The notes under the pieces: model-generated
Databases searched by the model: none
Told to the model about the DNA's origin: nothing
Seen by the model: only the letters and a program-made list of their open reading frames with translations
Part shown: positions 8,967 to 18,015 of the stretch, piece by piece
Layout: each line of letters starts with the position of its first letter
Position numbering within the stretch: the first letter of the stretch is position 1
Position numbers and translations under genes: made by a program
Source of the DNA: Calditrichaceae bacterium
GTDB lineage: Bacteria; Calditrichota; Calditrichia; Calditrichales; JBFXGD01
Direction of reading: 5' to 3'
Assembly (NCBI GenBank): GCA_050178385.1
Contig: JBFXGD010000018.1
Span: forward strand, 1 to 37,885
DNA: 37,885 bases

Positions 8967-9311
8967 TCAGGTTGGCTGGAACTCATAAAGCAAGCCTTGA
9001 TCCTTAAAGATTTTTATTACACGCTCTGAATCTTCAACGGTAAAACCAATCCGCCACCAGCCCTTTGCGCGGGTTAAAATAAAAATTTTATCTCTCTCCG
9101 GTCTTTTAAAATCGCACGGAAACCATGTTTTAAAATCCCCGGATCCAAATATTCTCCATTTTCCGCTTAAGAGCGAAGGCTCCTTTACAACAATGTTTTT
9201 AATCTCTGAAAACGAGAGATGTTTAGCGCCGGTGGGAAAATAATACATTTTGAATATGATCTTATTAAAGCGGATTTCTACTAAAGGATCAGAATATACT
9301 ACTTCCGGCAT
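8967..9311 (-). CDS. Small hypothetical protein, possibly bacterial PH-like fold
   Basis: Clean ORF filling the intergenic gap with a beta-rich pattern. ATG 9311 preferred over the track start 9365. The fold is inference. Confidence 0.6.
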   Translation of the reverse strand: MPEVVYSDPLVEIRFNKIIFKMYYFPTGAKHLSFSEIKNIVVKEPSLLSGKWRIFGSGDFKTWFPCDFKRPERDKIFILTRAKGWWRIGFTVEDSERVIKIFKDQGLLYEFQPT

Positions 9312-9603
9312 TTGGGTTCCGTTCAAATTAATGGTCAAACCTTGACAGAATAGTAATAAAGGCATTTAATATAAGTAATTTTGTGAATGAGATGAAAATA
9401 AAAATTTAATTCACAACCCACGACACCTGCATCTGATCATTAACTGAAGGATTGATATCAGTCCACGCTCCAATTAAAACCGGGGACCAATATAATCGCG
9501 GATTTCACATCCAATATTATCATGAAAATAAATTGATCACTTGACAATAATCGGGCCTTTGCTGATCTTTAAATCCATACAACAAACCCAACCGGAGATT
9601 ATT

Positions 9604-10239
9604 ATGAAAAAGATATTCGTGCTTTTTGTGTTATTTCTGCTGATCTTTGCCTGCAAAGAAAACAAAACCAGAACGAACCTTACCTCCGCTCAAATTGATT
9701 CTTTAAAAAATGAGTTCCAAACCTATGTCGCGGAAAAGGATAATGATTTTCTGACACAGGAATGGTCCCCACTTACTCCGGTTGACAAAGCCGTTTTTGA
9801 GGGTCTTCATTATTATCCCTACAACTACGAATTCCGGTTTGAAGGCCCTATTCATACCTATCCTGATCCCGACAGCGCGCAGATTATGGGGACACGACAA
9901 GGCGATGTGCGCAAGGCTCTGAAATACGGATATTTTGAATTTAAAAAGGACGGCATCGAAAGCCGCCTGGAGATATATAAAATCCTGGCGTCCAGACCGG
10001 GACAATCCGATCATCTGTTTCTTGGCTTCTGGGATGATACTTCTGATGAAGAAACATACGGCGGCGGCCGGTATGTGGATATGAAGGAGTCCGGTGAGAA
10101 CATGTATCTCGTCGATTTTAACTATGCCTACAGCCCATACTGCGCATACAGTGACCGCTACAGCTGCGCGATTCCTCCCCTTGAGAACCGGCTGACCCTT
10201 TCAATCCGCGCCGGTGAGAAGATTTTTAAGGAACATTAA
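9604..10239 (+). CDS. DUF1684-family lipoprotein
   Basis: Lipobox LIFAC; C-terminal ETYGGGRY and DFNYAYSPYCAYSDRYSCAIPPLENRL..I.AGEK. GGAG SD at 9594-9597 supports ATG 9604. Confidence 0.88.
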   Translation: MKKIFVLFVLFLLIFACKENKTRTNLTSAQIDSLKNEFQTYVAEKDNDFLTQEWSPLTPVDKAVFEGLHYYPYNYEFRFEGPIHTYPDPDSAQIMGTRQGDVRKALKYGYFEFKKDGIESRLEIYKILASRPGQSDHLFLGFWDDTSDEETYGGGRYVDMKESGENMYLVDFNYAYSPYCAYSDRYSCAIPPLENRLTLSIRAGEKIFKEH

Positions 10240-10263
10240 AAATATCTGAAATGAGAAGAGAAT

Positions 10264-10375
10264 GTCTGAACTGTGATCTGCCCGCCTCTGGCGGGTTTTT
10301 ATGATTAAATGATGACTATGAATAAAAAGTTGGAATCAGGGTAATCATGTTAATCCGGTAAATCATAGTTCAGAC
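10264..10375. repeat. Small inverted-repeat element built of AATCxxxxx nonamers, with an embedded GC hairpin
   Basis: GTCTGAACTGTGAT (10264-10277) / ATCATAGTTCAGAC (10362-10375), 13/14 match. Four nonamers at 10334-10369. CCCGCC-TCT-GGCGGG-TTTTT at 10281-10300. Confidence 0.75.
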
Positions 10376-10527
10376 CGGCTTTGATCAGAGAAATAAGTTA
10401 AATCTGCTGTCATGAAAAAAAATTCTAATTTTTCTCTATCTTCCTTCTAATCAAAATTGCATTATCCGTATTATGAACGTAATTTTGCGCGTGAGAACAC
10501 CACGATTAATAAGGGTATTTCCGATCA

Positions 10528-11493
10528 ATGAAAAATTATCTCAATATTGCCATTGATGCCGTTAAAGCTGCGTCAAAAGTCTGTAGTCAGATTCAGTTTA
10601 ATCTTGTCACCGAAGATACATTGATCAAGAAAGATAAAAGTCCGGTGACTGTAGCCGACTTTGCGTCTCAGGCGGTCATTTGCAGTATTTTAAATGAGCA
10701 TTTTCCTGAAATTCCGGTTGTGGGAGAAGAAAGCGCGGGTGATTTAAGAAACGGCGCAAATCCGGCGCTTCTTGATAAAATCGCCGATTATCTTCCCGGA
10801 TGGCAGAAAGATGATATTGTTGACGCCATCGATATCGGCAACGGGAGTCCCGGCAAATTATTCTGGACATTAGACCCGATTGACGGGACGAAAGGATTTT
10901 TAAGAGGGGAGCAATATGCCGTTGCATTGGCTCTCATTAAAGACGGCAAAATCGTTCTTGGTGTTCTCGGCTGTCCGAATCTTTCTCCAAATGATGACAT
11001 TTCCGGCGACGGATCGATTGTTTACGGATTTAAGGACGGTGGCGCTTTCATCAGGCCTCTGGAAGGAGGAGAGATCCGTAAGATTCATGTTTCCAAAAAT
11101 GCGCAGGGAGATGAAATCAGATTTTTAGAAAGCGTGGAGGCCGCTCACGCGAATCATGGGCTGCAGGGCCGGATTATGACCACGTTTGGTGAGCAGGCTA
11201 AATCGGTCAGGATTGACAGTCAGGTAAAGTACGCGGTTCTTGCTCAGGGAAAAGCGGATGTATATTTAAGACTACCGAACGCCAATCAGCCCGACTACCG
11301 GGAAAAAATATGGGATCATGCCGCGGGCGCCGTCATTGTCACAGAAGCCGGCGGCGAAATCAGCGATATGAACGGCAAACCGCTCCAATTTAATCACGGC
11401 AGGAAAATGCATGAAAATCACGGTGTCATTGTCACCAATGGTTTACTGCATGACCCCGTTATCAGTATAATCAAAAAATCACAGACGGAATAA
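10528..11493 (+). CDS. 3'(2'),5'-bisphosphate nucleotidase, HAL2-like
   Basis: Motifs KDKSPVTVADF, GEE, WTLDPIDGTKGF, GVLGCPNL, DSQVKY, EKIWDHAAG. Confidence 0.9.
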   Translation: MKNYLNIAIDAVKAASKVCSQIQFNLVTEDTLIKKDKSPVTVADFASQAVICSILNEHFPEIPVVGEESAGDLRNGANPALLDKIADYLPGWQKDDIVDAIDIGNGSPGKLFWTLDPIDGTKGFLRGEQYAVALALIKDGKIVLGVLGCPNLSPNDDISGDGSIVYGFKDGGAFIRPLEGGEIRKIHVSKNAQGDEIRFLESVEAAHANHGLQGRIMTTFGEQAKSVRIDSQVKYAVLAQGKADVYLRLPNANQPDYREKIWDHAAGAVIVTEAGGEISDMNGKPLQFNHGRKMHENHGVIVTNGLLHDPVISIIKKSQTE

Positions 11494-11494
11494 A

Positions 11495-12304
11495 ATGATC
11501 AATACAGCAAAAAAGGCCGCACTTGAAGCGGGAAAAATTCTGACACAACATTTTGGAAATCTTGAAAAAAATCATATCCGTGAAAAAACAAAAAACGACT
11601 TTCTGAGTTTTGTTGACGAAAACTCAGAAAAAGCAATCCTGTCCGTGATTCAGGACGCATGGCCGGATCATAACATTCTGGCCGAAGAAGGCGGTGAAAT
11701 CAATCAGGACAGCCCTTATAGGTGGATTATCGATCCGCTCGACGGTACGCGGAATTACATTTGCGGGATTCCTGTATTCTCAGTCTCGATCGGTCTTCAG
11801 TTCGAGGGTGAAATGATCCTGGGTATTGTTTATGATCCCATCCGTGAAGAAATGTTCTGGGCAGAAAAGGACAAAGGCGCTTTTCTGAATGACCGGAGAA
11901 TACGGGTCACCGACAATGAGAATCTCTCGGATTCCATCATTGCCACAGGATTTCCTTTTAAATCCAAACAGTTTTTACCCGACTATTTAAAATCTTTTGA
12001 AAAAATATTTAATGACTGCAACGGTATCCGCAGACTTGGTTCAGCGGCAATTGATCTTGCTTATGTCGCGGCGGGACGTTTTGACGGGTACTGGGAACTG
12101 GGTTTAAGTCCATGGGATATGGCCGCGGGGGCAATTCTGATAAAAGAAGCCGGCGGCAGAATGACTGATTTCTGGAATCAGCCTTATTTTCTGAACAATA
12201 CCTATGTGGTGGCTTCCAACGGGAAGATACATTCGCAGCTCGCAGAGCGTGTTCAGAAAGATTTCCCGTTTTTTAAACCTGTTTATTCAGCACAAGGAGT
12301 ATAA
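11495..12304 (+). CDS. suhB: Inositol monophosphatase family protein
   Basis: Motifs AEE, WIIDPLDGTRNY, RRLGSAAIDLAYVAAGRFDG, PWDMAAG. Confidence 0.88.
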   Translation: MINTAKKAALEAGKILTQHFGNLEKNHIREKTKNDFLSFVDENSEKAILSVIQDAWPDHNILAEEGGEINQDSPYRWIIDPLDGTRNYICGIPVFSVSIGLQFEGEMILGIVYDPIREEMFWAEKDKGAFLNDRRIRVTDNENLSDSIIATGFPFKSKQFLPDYLKSFEKIFNDCNGIRRLGSAAIDLAYVAAGRFDGYWELGLSPWDMAAGAILIKEAGGRMTDFWNQPYFLNNTYVVASNGKIHSQLAERVQKDFPFFKPVYSAQGV

Positions 12305-12305
12305 A

Positions 12306-13352
12306 TTGAGCACATCAAGCATCTCAAAAAAGAAAGGCGCGCGCGGCGCTTTGAGCGTGATGTCCTGTGAGTCAGGACGCCAGCTCGCCCAACGGATTAT
12401 CAACTCGCTGAACGCGATCATGCGTAATCAGGGCGACAACATGCCGCTGCGACTGATCAATACCGAAGAAGTGACCTTTCCAAACGGAGAAATCAAAACA
12501 GTTATTAAGGAAAATATTCGCGGAGATGATCATTATATCGTCCAGTGTTTTGACGATCCCCTTTCAAATAAATCAATAAATGATAATCTGATGTCCCTTT
12601 TAACAGCGGTTCATGCCGCATTTCAGTCGGACGCGGATTCAATTACCGTCGTAATTCCGCAATATCCCTACTCCAGGCAGGAACGTAAAAAAACCCGTGA
12701 AGGGATCACCGCTAAACAGATTGCGAGTTTCCTGGAAGTCTCAGGAGCGAACAGGGTTATAACACTCGATGTTCATTCCGAAGCGATCATGGGATTTTTC
12801 AGCAAGGCAAAACTGGAAGATCTACACGCGTCACACACAATTATTCAACACATTATGGATAATTATAACACGGAAGATATTGTGATTACATCAGCCGATG
12901 TGGGCGGCGCGGAAAAAGCACGGTTTTACTCAAAAAAACTGCATGGCGGCCTGGCCATTGTTGACAAATCAAGAGATTATTCCAAACCAAGCAGTATCGA
13001 AAGCATGAGACTGGTGGGAAATGTAACCGGCAAGAATGTCCTTATTCCCGATGACATGATCAGCACCGGTGGAACGATAATCAATGCCGCAAAATTATTA
13101 AAGGAAAACGGCGCGAAAGATATATATGTGGCTTGCAGCCTGCCATTTTTTAACGGCAACGCGACTCAACTTTTAACCGAAGCATATGAAGACGGATTAA
13201 TCAGCAGGGTAATCGGCACGGATGCTGTGTTTCATGGTGAAGAATTCACAAAAAATAATCTCTGGTATGATGAAGTATCTATCTCACCATTGTTTGCAAA
13301 TGTGATTTACCATATAAACACCAAGCGTTCCGTATCCGAATTATTAAGATAA
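12306..13352 (+). CDS. prs: Ribose-phosphate pyrophosphokinase
   Basis: Motifs FPNGE, PQYPYSRQE, TLDVHS, DVGG, DDMISTGGT. TTG 12306 follows AAGGAG; the track's upstream extension overlaps suhB. Confidence 0.92.
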   Translation: MSTSSISKKKGARGALSVMSCESGRQLAQRIINSLNAIMRNQGDNMPLRLINTEEVTFPNGEIKTVIKENIRGDDHYIVQCFDDPLSNKSINDNLMSLLTAVHAAFQSDADSITVVIPQYPYSRQERKKTREGITAKQIASFLEVSGANRVITLDVHSEAIMGFFSKAKLEDLHASHTIIQHIMDNYNTEDIVITSADVGGAEKARFYSKKLHGGLAIVDKSRDYSKPSSIESMRLVGNVTGKNVLIPDDMISTGGTIINAAKLLKENGAKDIYVACSLPFFNGNATQLLTEAYEDGLISRVIGTDAVFHGEEFTKNNLWYDEVSISPLFANVIYHINTKRSVSELLR

Positions 13353-13360
13353 ATACCGGT

Positions 13361-13392
13361 AAATTACCGGAATGTTCATTTCGGTAATTTTG
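13361..13392 (+). terminator. Hairpin after prs (possible weak terminator)
   Basis: AAATTACCGGAATG / CATTTCGGTAATTT followed by a short T run. Confidence 0.4.
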
Positions 13393-13403
13393 TTATAATC
13401 TGT

Positions 13404-13898
13404 ATGAAAAAATATAAAGACTCTGAAAAAGCTGCGATATCGCGTGAGTTTTTTGAAAAGGGTTACATTCTGCAAATGAGCGGTCATCTTGACAGAGCTT
13501 CCAAATTTTATAAGCGCTCTATTGAATTTTTACCCACTGCCAAAGCGCATACTTTTCTTGGATGGATTTTCAGTATGAAAGGTCTTTATGACCGCGCGAT
13601 TGATGAATGTAAAAATGCCATTAAGCTGGACCCTTCTTTTGGTAATCCCTACAATGATATCGGCGCTTATCTGATCCAGCAAAAAAAGTATACTGAAGCT
13701 GTTGACTGGCTGGAAAAGGCGTTGCATGCCCCAAATTATGAGAATTACTGCTTCCCGAATATAAATCTGGGACGCGTTTATGAACAAAAAGGCGACTGGA
13801 ACAAAGCATTACGCTATTATCAGAAGGCAATCACAGAAAACCCTGAATATAAGCCGGCTCAAATGGCACTGGAAAAACTGACAGGAAAATATAATTAA
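13404..13898 (+). CDS. Tetratricopeptide-repeat protein
   Basis: About four TPR units (AHTFLG, PYNDIG, INLGRVY...A...YQKA). Confidence 0.88.
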   Translation: MKKYKDSEKAAISREFFEKGYILQMSGHLDRASKFYKRSIEFLPTAKAHTFLGWIFSMKGLYDRAIDECKNAIKLDPSFGNPYNDIGAYLIQQKKYTEAVDWLEKALHAPNYENYCFPNINLGRVYEQKGDWNKALRYYQKAITENPEYKPAQMALEKLTGKYN

Positions 13899-13901
13899 TA
13901 A

Positions 13902-14312
13902 ATGAAACCGCGTATAAAGGTTGTGGCCGCTCTTATTTTTAATGAATCGGGACAGATTCTGATCACACAGCGCCAAAAAGACAGTCATCTCGGAGGTTAT
14001 TGGGAATTTCCCGGAGGCCGGGTCGAAAAAGATGAAACTTCTGATGAAGCTTTGAGAAGAGAGATCAAAGAAGAAGTTGATTTGGATATACGCGTGGATG
14101 AATTATTCTGGAGCAGTACATTTGATTATGATGTAAAAATTGTGGAGATACTCTTTTACAACAGCACTCTGATCGATCCTTTCCAGCAAATTATCCCACT
14201 CGAAGTTGATGATTTTAAATGGATTCCCTTATCCGAACTGCACAAATTTCAATTTCCGGAAGCCGACCAGGCATTGATCCGGCAGCTGAATTCCGGTTGT
14301 CTGCAAAAATAA
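13902..14312 (+). CDS. mutT: NUDIX hydrolase, MutT/NudG-like
   Basis: WEFPGGRVEKDETSDEALRREIKEE Nudix box; C-terminal FPEAD. Confidence 0.85.
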   Translation: MKPRIKVVAALIFNESGQILITQRQKDSHLGGYWEFPGGRVEKDETSDEALRREIKEEVDLDIRVDELFWSSTFDYDVKIVEILFYNSTLIDPFQQIIPLEVDDFKWIPLSELHKFQFPEADQALIRQLNSGCLQK

Positions 14313-14444
14313 TGGGTATCATTACAAGCTGACTTTTTTAATCCGCGCGGGAAAGACGTCTCGGTTTTCTCACATTGCTTTGCATTCTTCCAATGTTGTC
14401 TGAATATACTGTTTATCAGACCTGAATATGATTTATTCAGCCGA

Positions 14445-15197
14445 TCAGACAGGATTTGGAACATCTACAAATTCCACATCCACACCAAATTTTTCATTTA
14501 AATGCTCACCGAGTGCTATGACGCCAAATCGCTCTGTCGCGTGATGTCCGGCAGCGACAAAATGAATGCCTTCTTCCTTGACATAATGCAAAATGTGTTC
14601 ACTGACTTCCCCGGTTATGTAAAGGTCCAGCCCCTGCAGCACCGCCTGTTTGACCTCCTTCTGCGCGCCACCGCTGATAATCCCAACCGTGCGGATTATA
14701 TCCGGACCAAACGGAAAAATGACGGCATCCTGATTGATTCTTGATTTTATGAGATCAAAAACATCCATTGCTTCTAAGCCGCTGATTTCCCCTTTATAGC
14801 CAATAAAAGTACCGTTGTAGTCGCCAAATGGTTCCAGGGTTTTCAGACCGAGGATTTGTGCCAGCCGAATATTATTCCCTACTTCCACATGAGCATCAAG
14901 CGGCAGATGATAAGCAAAAAGATTGATATCATTATCCAGCAGCATCTTTACTCTCTTTTTATAGCCTCCCCTGTAAACCGGCCGTTCAAAATTCCAGATG
15001 ATTCCATGATGAACCAGAACAGCATCCGCTTTTTTTTCGATGGCTTTTTCGAACAACTCAACACAGGCGCTCACACCGGTTACGATTTTTTTTACATCCC
15101 GGCATCCTTCAACCTGACAGCCGTTCGGACCATAATCCTTAAAGCTGTCTATTTGTAAATAATCATTCAAATATCCTGTCAATTCATCCCGCCGCAT
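14445..15197 (-). CDS. Nif3-like dinuclear metal centre protein (YbgI/DUF34)
   Basis: Motifs DYGPNG.QVEG, VHHG, YHLPLDAH, ITGE, GHHATE, NPV end. Confidence 0.93.
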   Translation of the reverse strand: MRRDELTGYLNDYLQIDSFKDYGPNGCQVEGCRDVKKIVTGVSACVELFEKAIEKKADAVLVHHGIIWNFERPVYRGGYKKRVKMLLDNDINLFAYHLPLDAHVEVGNNIRLAQILGLKTLEPFGDYNGTFIGYKGEISGLEAMDVFDLIKSRINQDAVIFPFGPDIIRTVGIISGGAQKEVKQAVLQGLDLYITGEVSEHILHYVKEEGIHFVAAGHHATERFGVIALGEHLNEKFGVDVEFVDVPNPV

Positions 15198-15234
15198 TAT
15201 TTTCTCCCATTATTTTTCCATCGACAGATCACGT

Positions 15235-16242
15235 TTATTTGCTTTTTCGATATTCCAGCACCGCGGCTTCGACGTCATTTAGCAGGGTTTCGTCATATAA
15301 TCTCCCCACCAGATCCCGTCTTGCCTTCTTGCCTATTTCTTCGAACTTCGATAAAATTTCCGGATCTCCGATTTTTTCCCTTTTGATACCGTATTTCAAC
15401 ATTTCATCGATAGACTTTTGATTATCCCGGCGGCTCAATCGAACCAGTTCAGTAAAATATTTTATTCCTGTTTCACGAACAATCTTTTGCTGTTCAGGAC
15501 TCAGCTTTTCGAATATTTTTTTTGAGATTAGAACCGCGCCGTTTGAATTCGCCAAAGGAACATCGAGCACATATTTAACTTTTGTAAACCATTGAAATCC
15601 TACGCAGGCCAAAGGTGAAATATAGACACCGTCTATCAGACCCGTTTGCAGTGAAGTCATCACGTCGGTAACGGAAAGCGGGATCGCGTTCACATCAAAA
15701 GCTTTAAATGTCGCCTCCGCCAGCGGATCCCCTTCCCACATCCACATCTTTACGCCTTTCAAATCCCCCGCGTCATGAACCGGTTTATTCGTATAGATGT
15801 AAACAAATCCAACTTCAGCCCATCCAAGAAGAATATAGCCCTTCTCCTCAAACCCTTTGGCAAACCGATCAAAAAATTTTCCGGACACATAATCTACCTC
15901 TTCATGATTCCGGAATAAAAACGGGGAATCGAGTATTCGTACTTCCGGTAAGATTTCACCCAGTCCCACACCCGTAAAACCGGCGCTATGGAGCTGATTG
16001 ATTCTCATTTTCCGGAGTACATCCTTATCGTCCCCCTGCACGCCGCCCGGATATATTTTGAATTTTACCTGCCCGTTGGTCAATTTTTCAATCTCGCTGC
16101 TGAAATCTTTCATGATTGTCATCCAGGTCGAGCCGTCCGGCGCCAAAGTCGCGAATTTTATGGTTGCATTCTGACCATAAACGATATTAAATGCAAACAG
16201 CAGGAATATCAGAATTCTCATTTTTTTCATTATCAAATCCAT
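15235..16242 (-). CDS. dctP: TRAP substrate-binding protein DctP/TatP
   Basis: Signal peptide, KFATLAPDGS.W, YPGGVQGD, LQTGLID. True start may be ATG 16230. Confidence 0.88.
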   Translation of the reverse strand: MDLIMKKMRILIFLLFAFNIVYGQNATIKFATLAPDGSTWMTIMKDFSSEIEKLTNGQVKFKIYPGGVQGDDKDVLRKMRINQLHSAGFTGVGLGEILPEVRILDSPFLFRNHEEVDYVSGKFFDRFAKGFEEKGYILLGWAEVGFVYIYTNKPVHDAGDLKGVKMWMWEGDPLAEATFKAFDVNAIPLSVTDVMTSLQTGLIDGVYISPLACVGFQWFTKVKYVLDVPLANSNGAVLISKKIFEKLSPEQQKIVRETGIKYFTELVRLSRRDNQKSIDEMLKYGIKREKIGDPEILSKFEEIGKKARRDLVGRLYDETLLNDVEAAVLEYRKSK

Positions 16243-16266
16243 CCTTTTGTCAATCTGTTTGACCGG

Positions 16267-17148
16267 TTAAAAAATTTGCTGTCTTTGTGAGTTAAGGTAT
16301 TCGATTTTCTTTTTCGCGATCTGCGTCAAGAGCTGCATACCCGGATAAATATCAACCGGCGCTGAGGTGACTTTGTTCAGAAAATTATCAAAAAGTTCTA
16401 CATCCAGGATCTTAGCGGCATAATATTTCGCGAGATAATAATAACTGAGCATAAACCGGTCATTTGTAATATCCAGATTTTTTTGAAAATAATATCTCGC
16501 CTTCTCCGGATCTCCACCCATTATTCTTGGTTTCATTCCATAAACCGACCCCAAGAAGAGATACACGGCGCCGTTAAAATAATCGGGCTGCAGCTGTTCC
16601 ACTCTTTCCATGATCATTTGAACAGCCGGCAGCTTCAGAAGCGCCGCAGGATCATCCAGTGAAAGATTAATGTAACCCGCCCACCCGAAGCCATACCAGA
16701 ATAATGCCGGTGCCTTATCATTTTTGTAAGAATTCAGGAGTTTTTTCAGCTCTTCGGGTCCCTTTTTTTCGGCGGACACAAAATTTTTGTCCTGCATTAA
16801 TATTCTCAGCGCGTAATCCCTGCTCCGCAGATACAATTGTTTTGCTCTTTCGGGCGCCTCATCTTCCGTAAATCCCAGCGCGTATCCCGCATAGCCTTCA
16901 GCCGTTAGCAACAGCAGTTCTTTGTTATTGGGATCGCTTTTCAGCAAGCCTTCCAGTAATTTTAAATTGGAGGCTAACGCCTGTTCCGCTATCTTAAGGT
17001 CTGTCTCCTCATACAAGGCGTCGGCGCTGTTTTTCAAAACCGGGATCATTTGATTTACAACAATGCGGTTCATACTGCATCCGCTGAGAATCAAAATAGT
17101 GATCAATGTCAGAATAATACGTTTGAATTTTTTCTCATTTGTTTTCAT
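16267..17148 (-). CDS. tatT: TRAP transporter T-component (TatT) lipoprotein
   Basis: Lipobox LSGC, helical TPR-like body, P.IMGGDPEKA..YF motif, directly upstream of dctP. Confidence 0.82.
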   Translation of the reverse strand: MKTNEKKFKRIILTLITILILSGCSMNRIVVNQMIPVLKNSADALYEETDLKIAEQALASNLKLLEGLLKSDPNNKELLLLTAEGYAGYALGFTEDEAPERAKQLYLRSRDYALRILMQDKNFVSAEKKGPEELKKLLNSYKNDKAPALFWYGFGWAGYINLSLDDPAALLKLPAVQMIMERVEQLQPDYFNGAVYLFLGSVYGMKPRIMGGDPEKARYYFQKNLDITNDRFMLSYYYLAKYYAAKILDVELFDNFLNKVTSAPVDIYPGMQLLTQIAKKKIEYLNSQRQQIF

Positions 17149-17177
17149 AAATCAATCTCTGTTTTTCCGGTAAACAG

Positions 17178-17201
17178 AAAAACCTGCCTTCGGGCAGGTT
17201 T
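17178..17201 (-). terminator. Terminator-like hairpin between the SPFH gene and tatT
   Basis: On the minus strand AAACCTGCC-CGAA-GGCAGG-TTTTT. Confidence 0.6.
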
Positions 17202-17241
17202 ATGATTCTGTTTTCTAATTATTTCCCGGGATGCGCCGGCA

Positions 17242-18006
17242 TTATTTTTTTGATTTGGATTCTTTTTCATATTTTTCAAGGAAAGGTCTGAACAAATCAA
17301 GCGGTACAGGGAATATGGTCGTTGAATTTTTTTCTGCGGATATTTCGACCAGTGTCTGCAGGAAACGCAGCTGTAGCGCGGATGGATGCTCATCAATCAC
17401 TTTTGCAGCTTGAGTTAATTGATGAGATGCCTGGAATTCACCTTCAGCCGCGATGACTTTCGCGCGACGCTCACGTTCCGCTTCCGCCTGTTTCGCCATT
17501 GCTCTTTTCATCTCTTCGGGCAGATCGATATGTTTGATTTCAACGAGGGATACTTTTATCCCCCAGGGATCTGAATGTGTGTCAATAATTTCCTGTAATC
17601 GTAAATTAATCTTATCCCTTTCCATTAACAGATCATCCAGTTCCACCTGCCCGACGATGCTTCGTAATGTTGTTTGCGACAACTGTGACGTGGCGAAGAG
17701 ATAATTTTCGACTTCCACAATACTTTTTTCAGGATTAACCACACGAAAATATAGAACAGCATTCACCTGAACGGACACATTGTCCTTTGTAATCACATCC
17801 TGCGGGGGAACATCCATTACTACTGTTCTCAGACTTACTTTTACCATTTTATCGATGAATGGAATTAATAGAATAAGACCCGGACCTTTTCCCCCGACAA
17901 GGCGTCCCAAACGAAAAATGACAGCACGCTCATATTCCTTCAATATCCGAATGGCGCTGGCAAGAATCAGAAACAAAAATATGATAATACTGGCGGCAAA
18001 AGGCAT
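17242..18006 (-). CDS. SPFH/slipin (stomatin-like) protein
   Basis: Motifs [51 protein letters not shown]. Confidence 0.94.
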   Translation of the reverse strand: MPFAASIIIFLFLILASAIRILKEYERAVIFRLGRLVGGKGPGLILLIPFIDKMVKVSLRTVVMDVPPQDVITKDNVSVQVNAVLYFRVVNPEKSIVEVENYLFATSQLSQTTLRSIVGQVELDDLLMERDKINLRLQEIIDTHSDPWGIKVSLVEIKHIDLPEEMKRAMAKQAEAERERRAKVIAAEGEFQASHQLTQAAKVIDEHPSALQLRFLQTLVEISAEKNSTTIFPVPLDLFRPFLEKYEKESKSKK

Positions 18007-18015
18007 AATTCCTCC

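Noticed and set aside
12204..12305. N-terminal extension of prs overlapping suhB
   Set aside because: A strong AAGGAG precedes TTG 12306, so the extension is an ORF-calling artefact.
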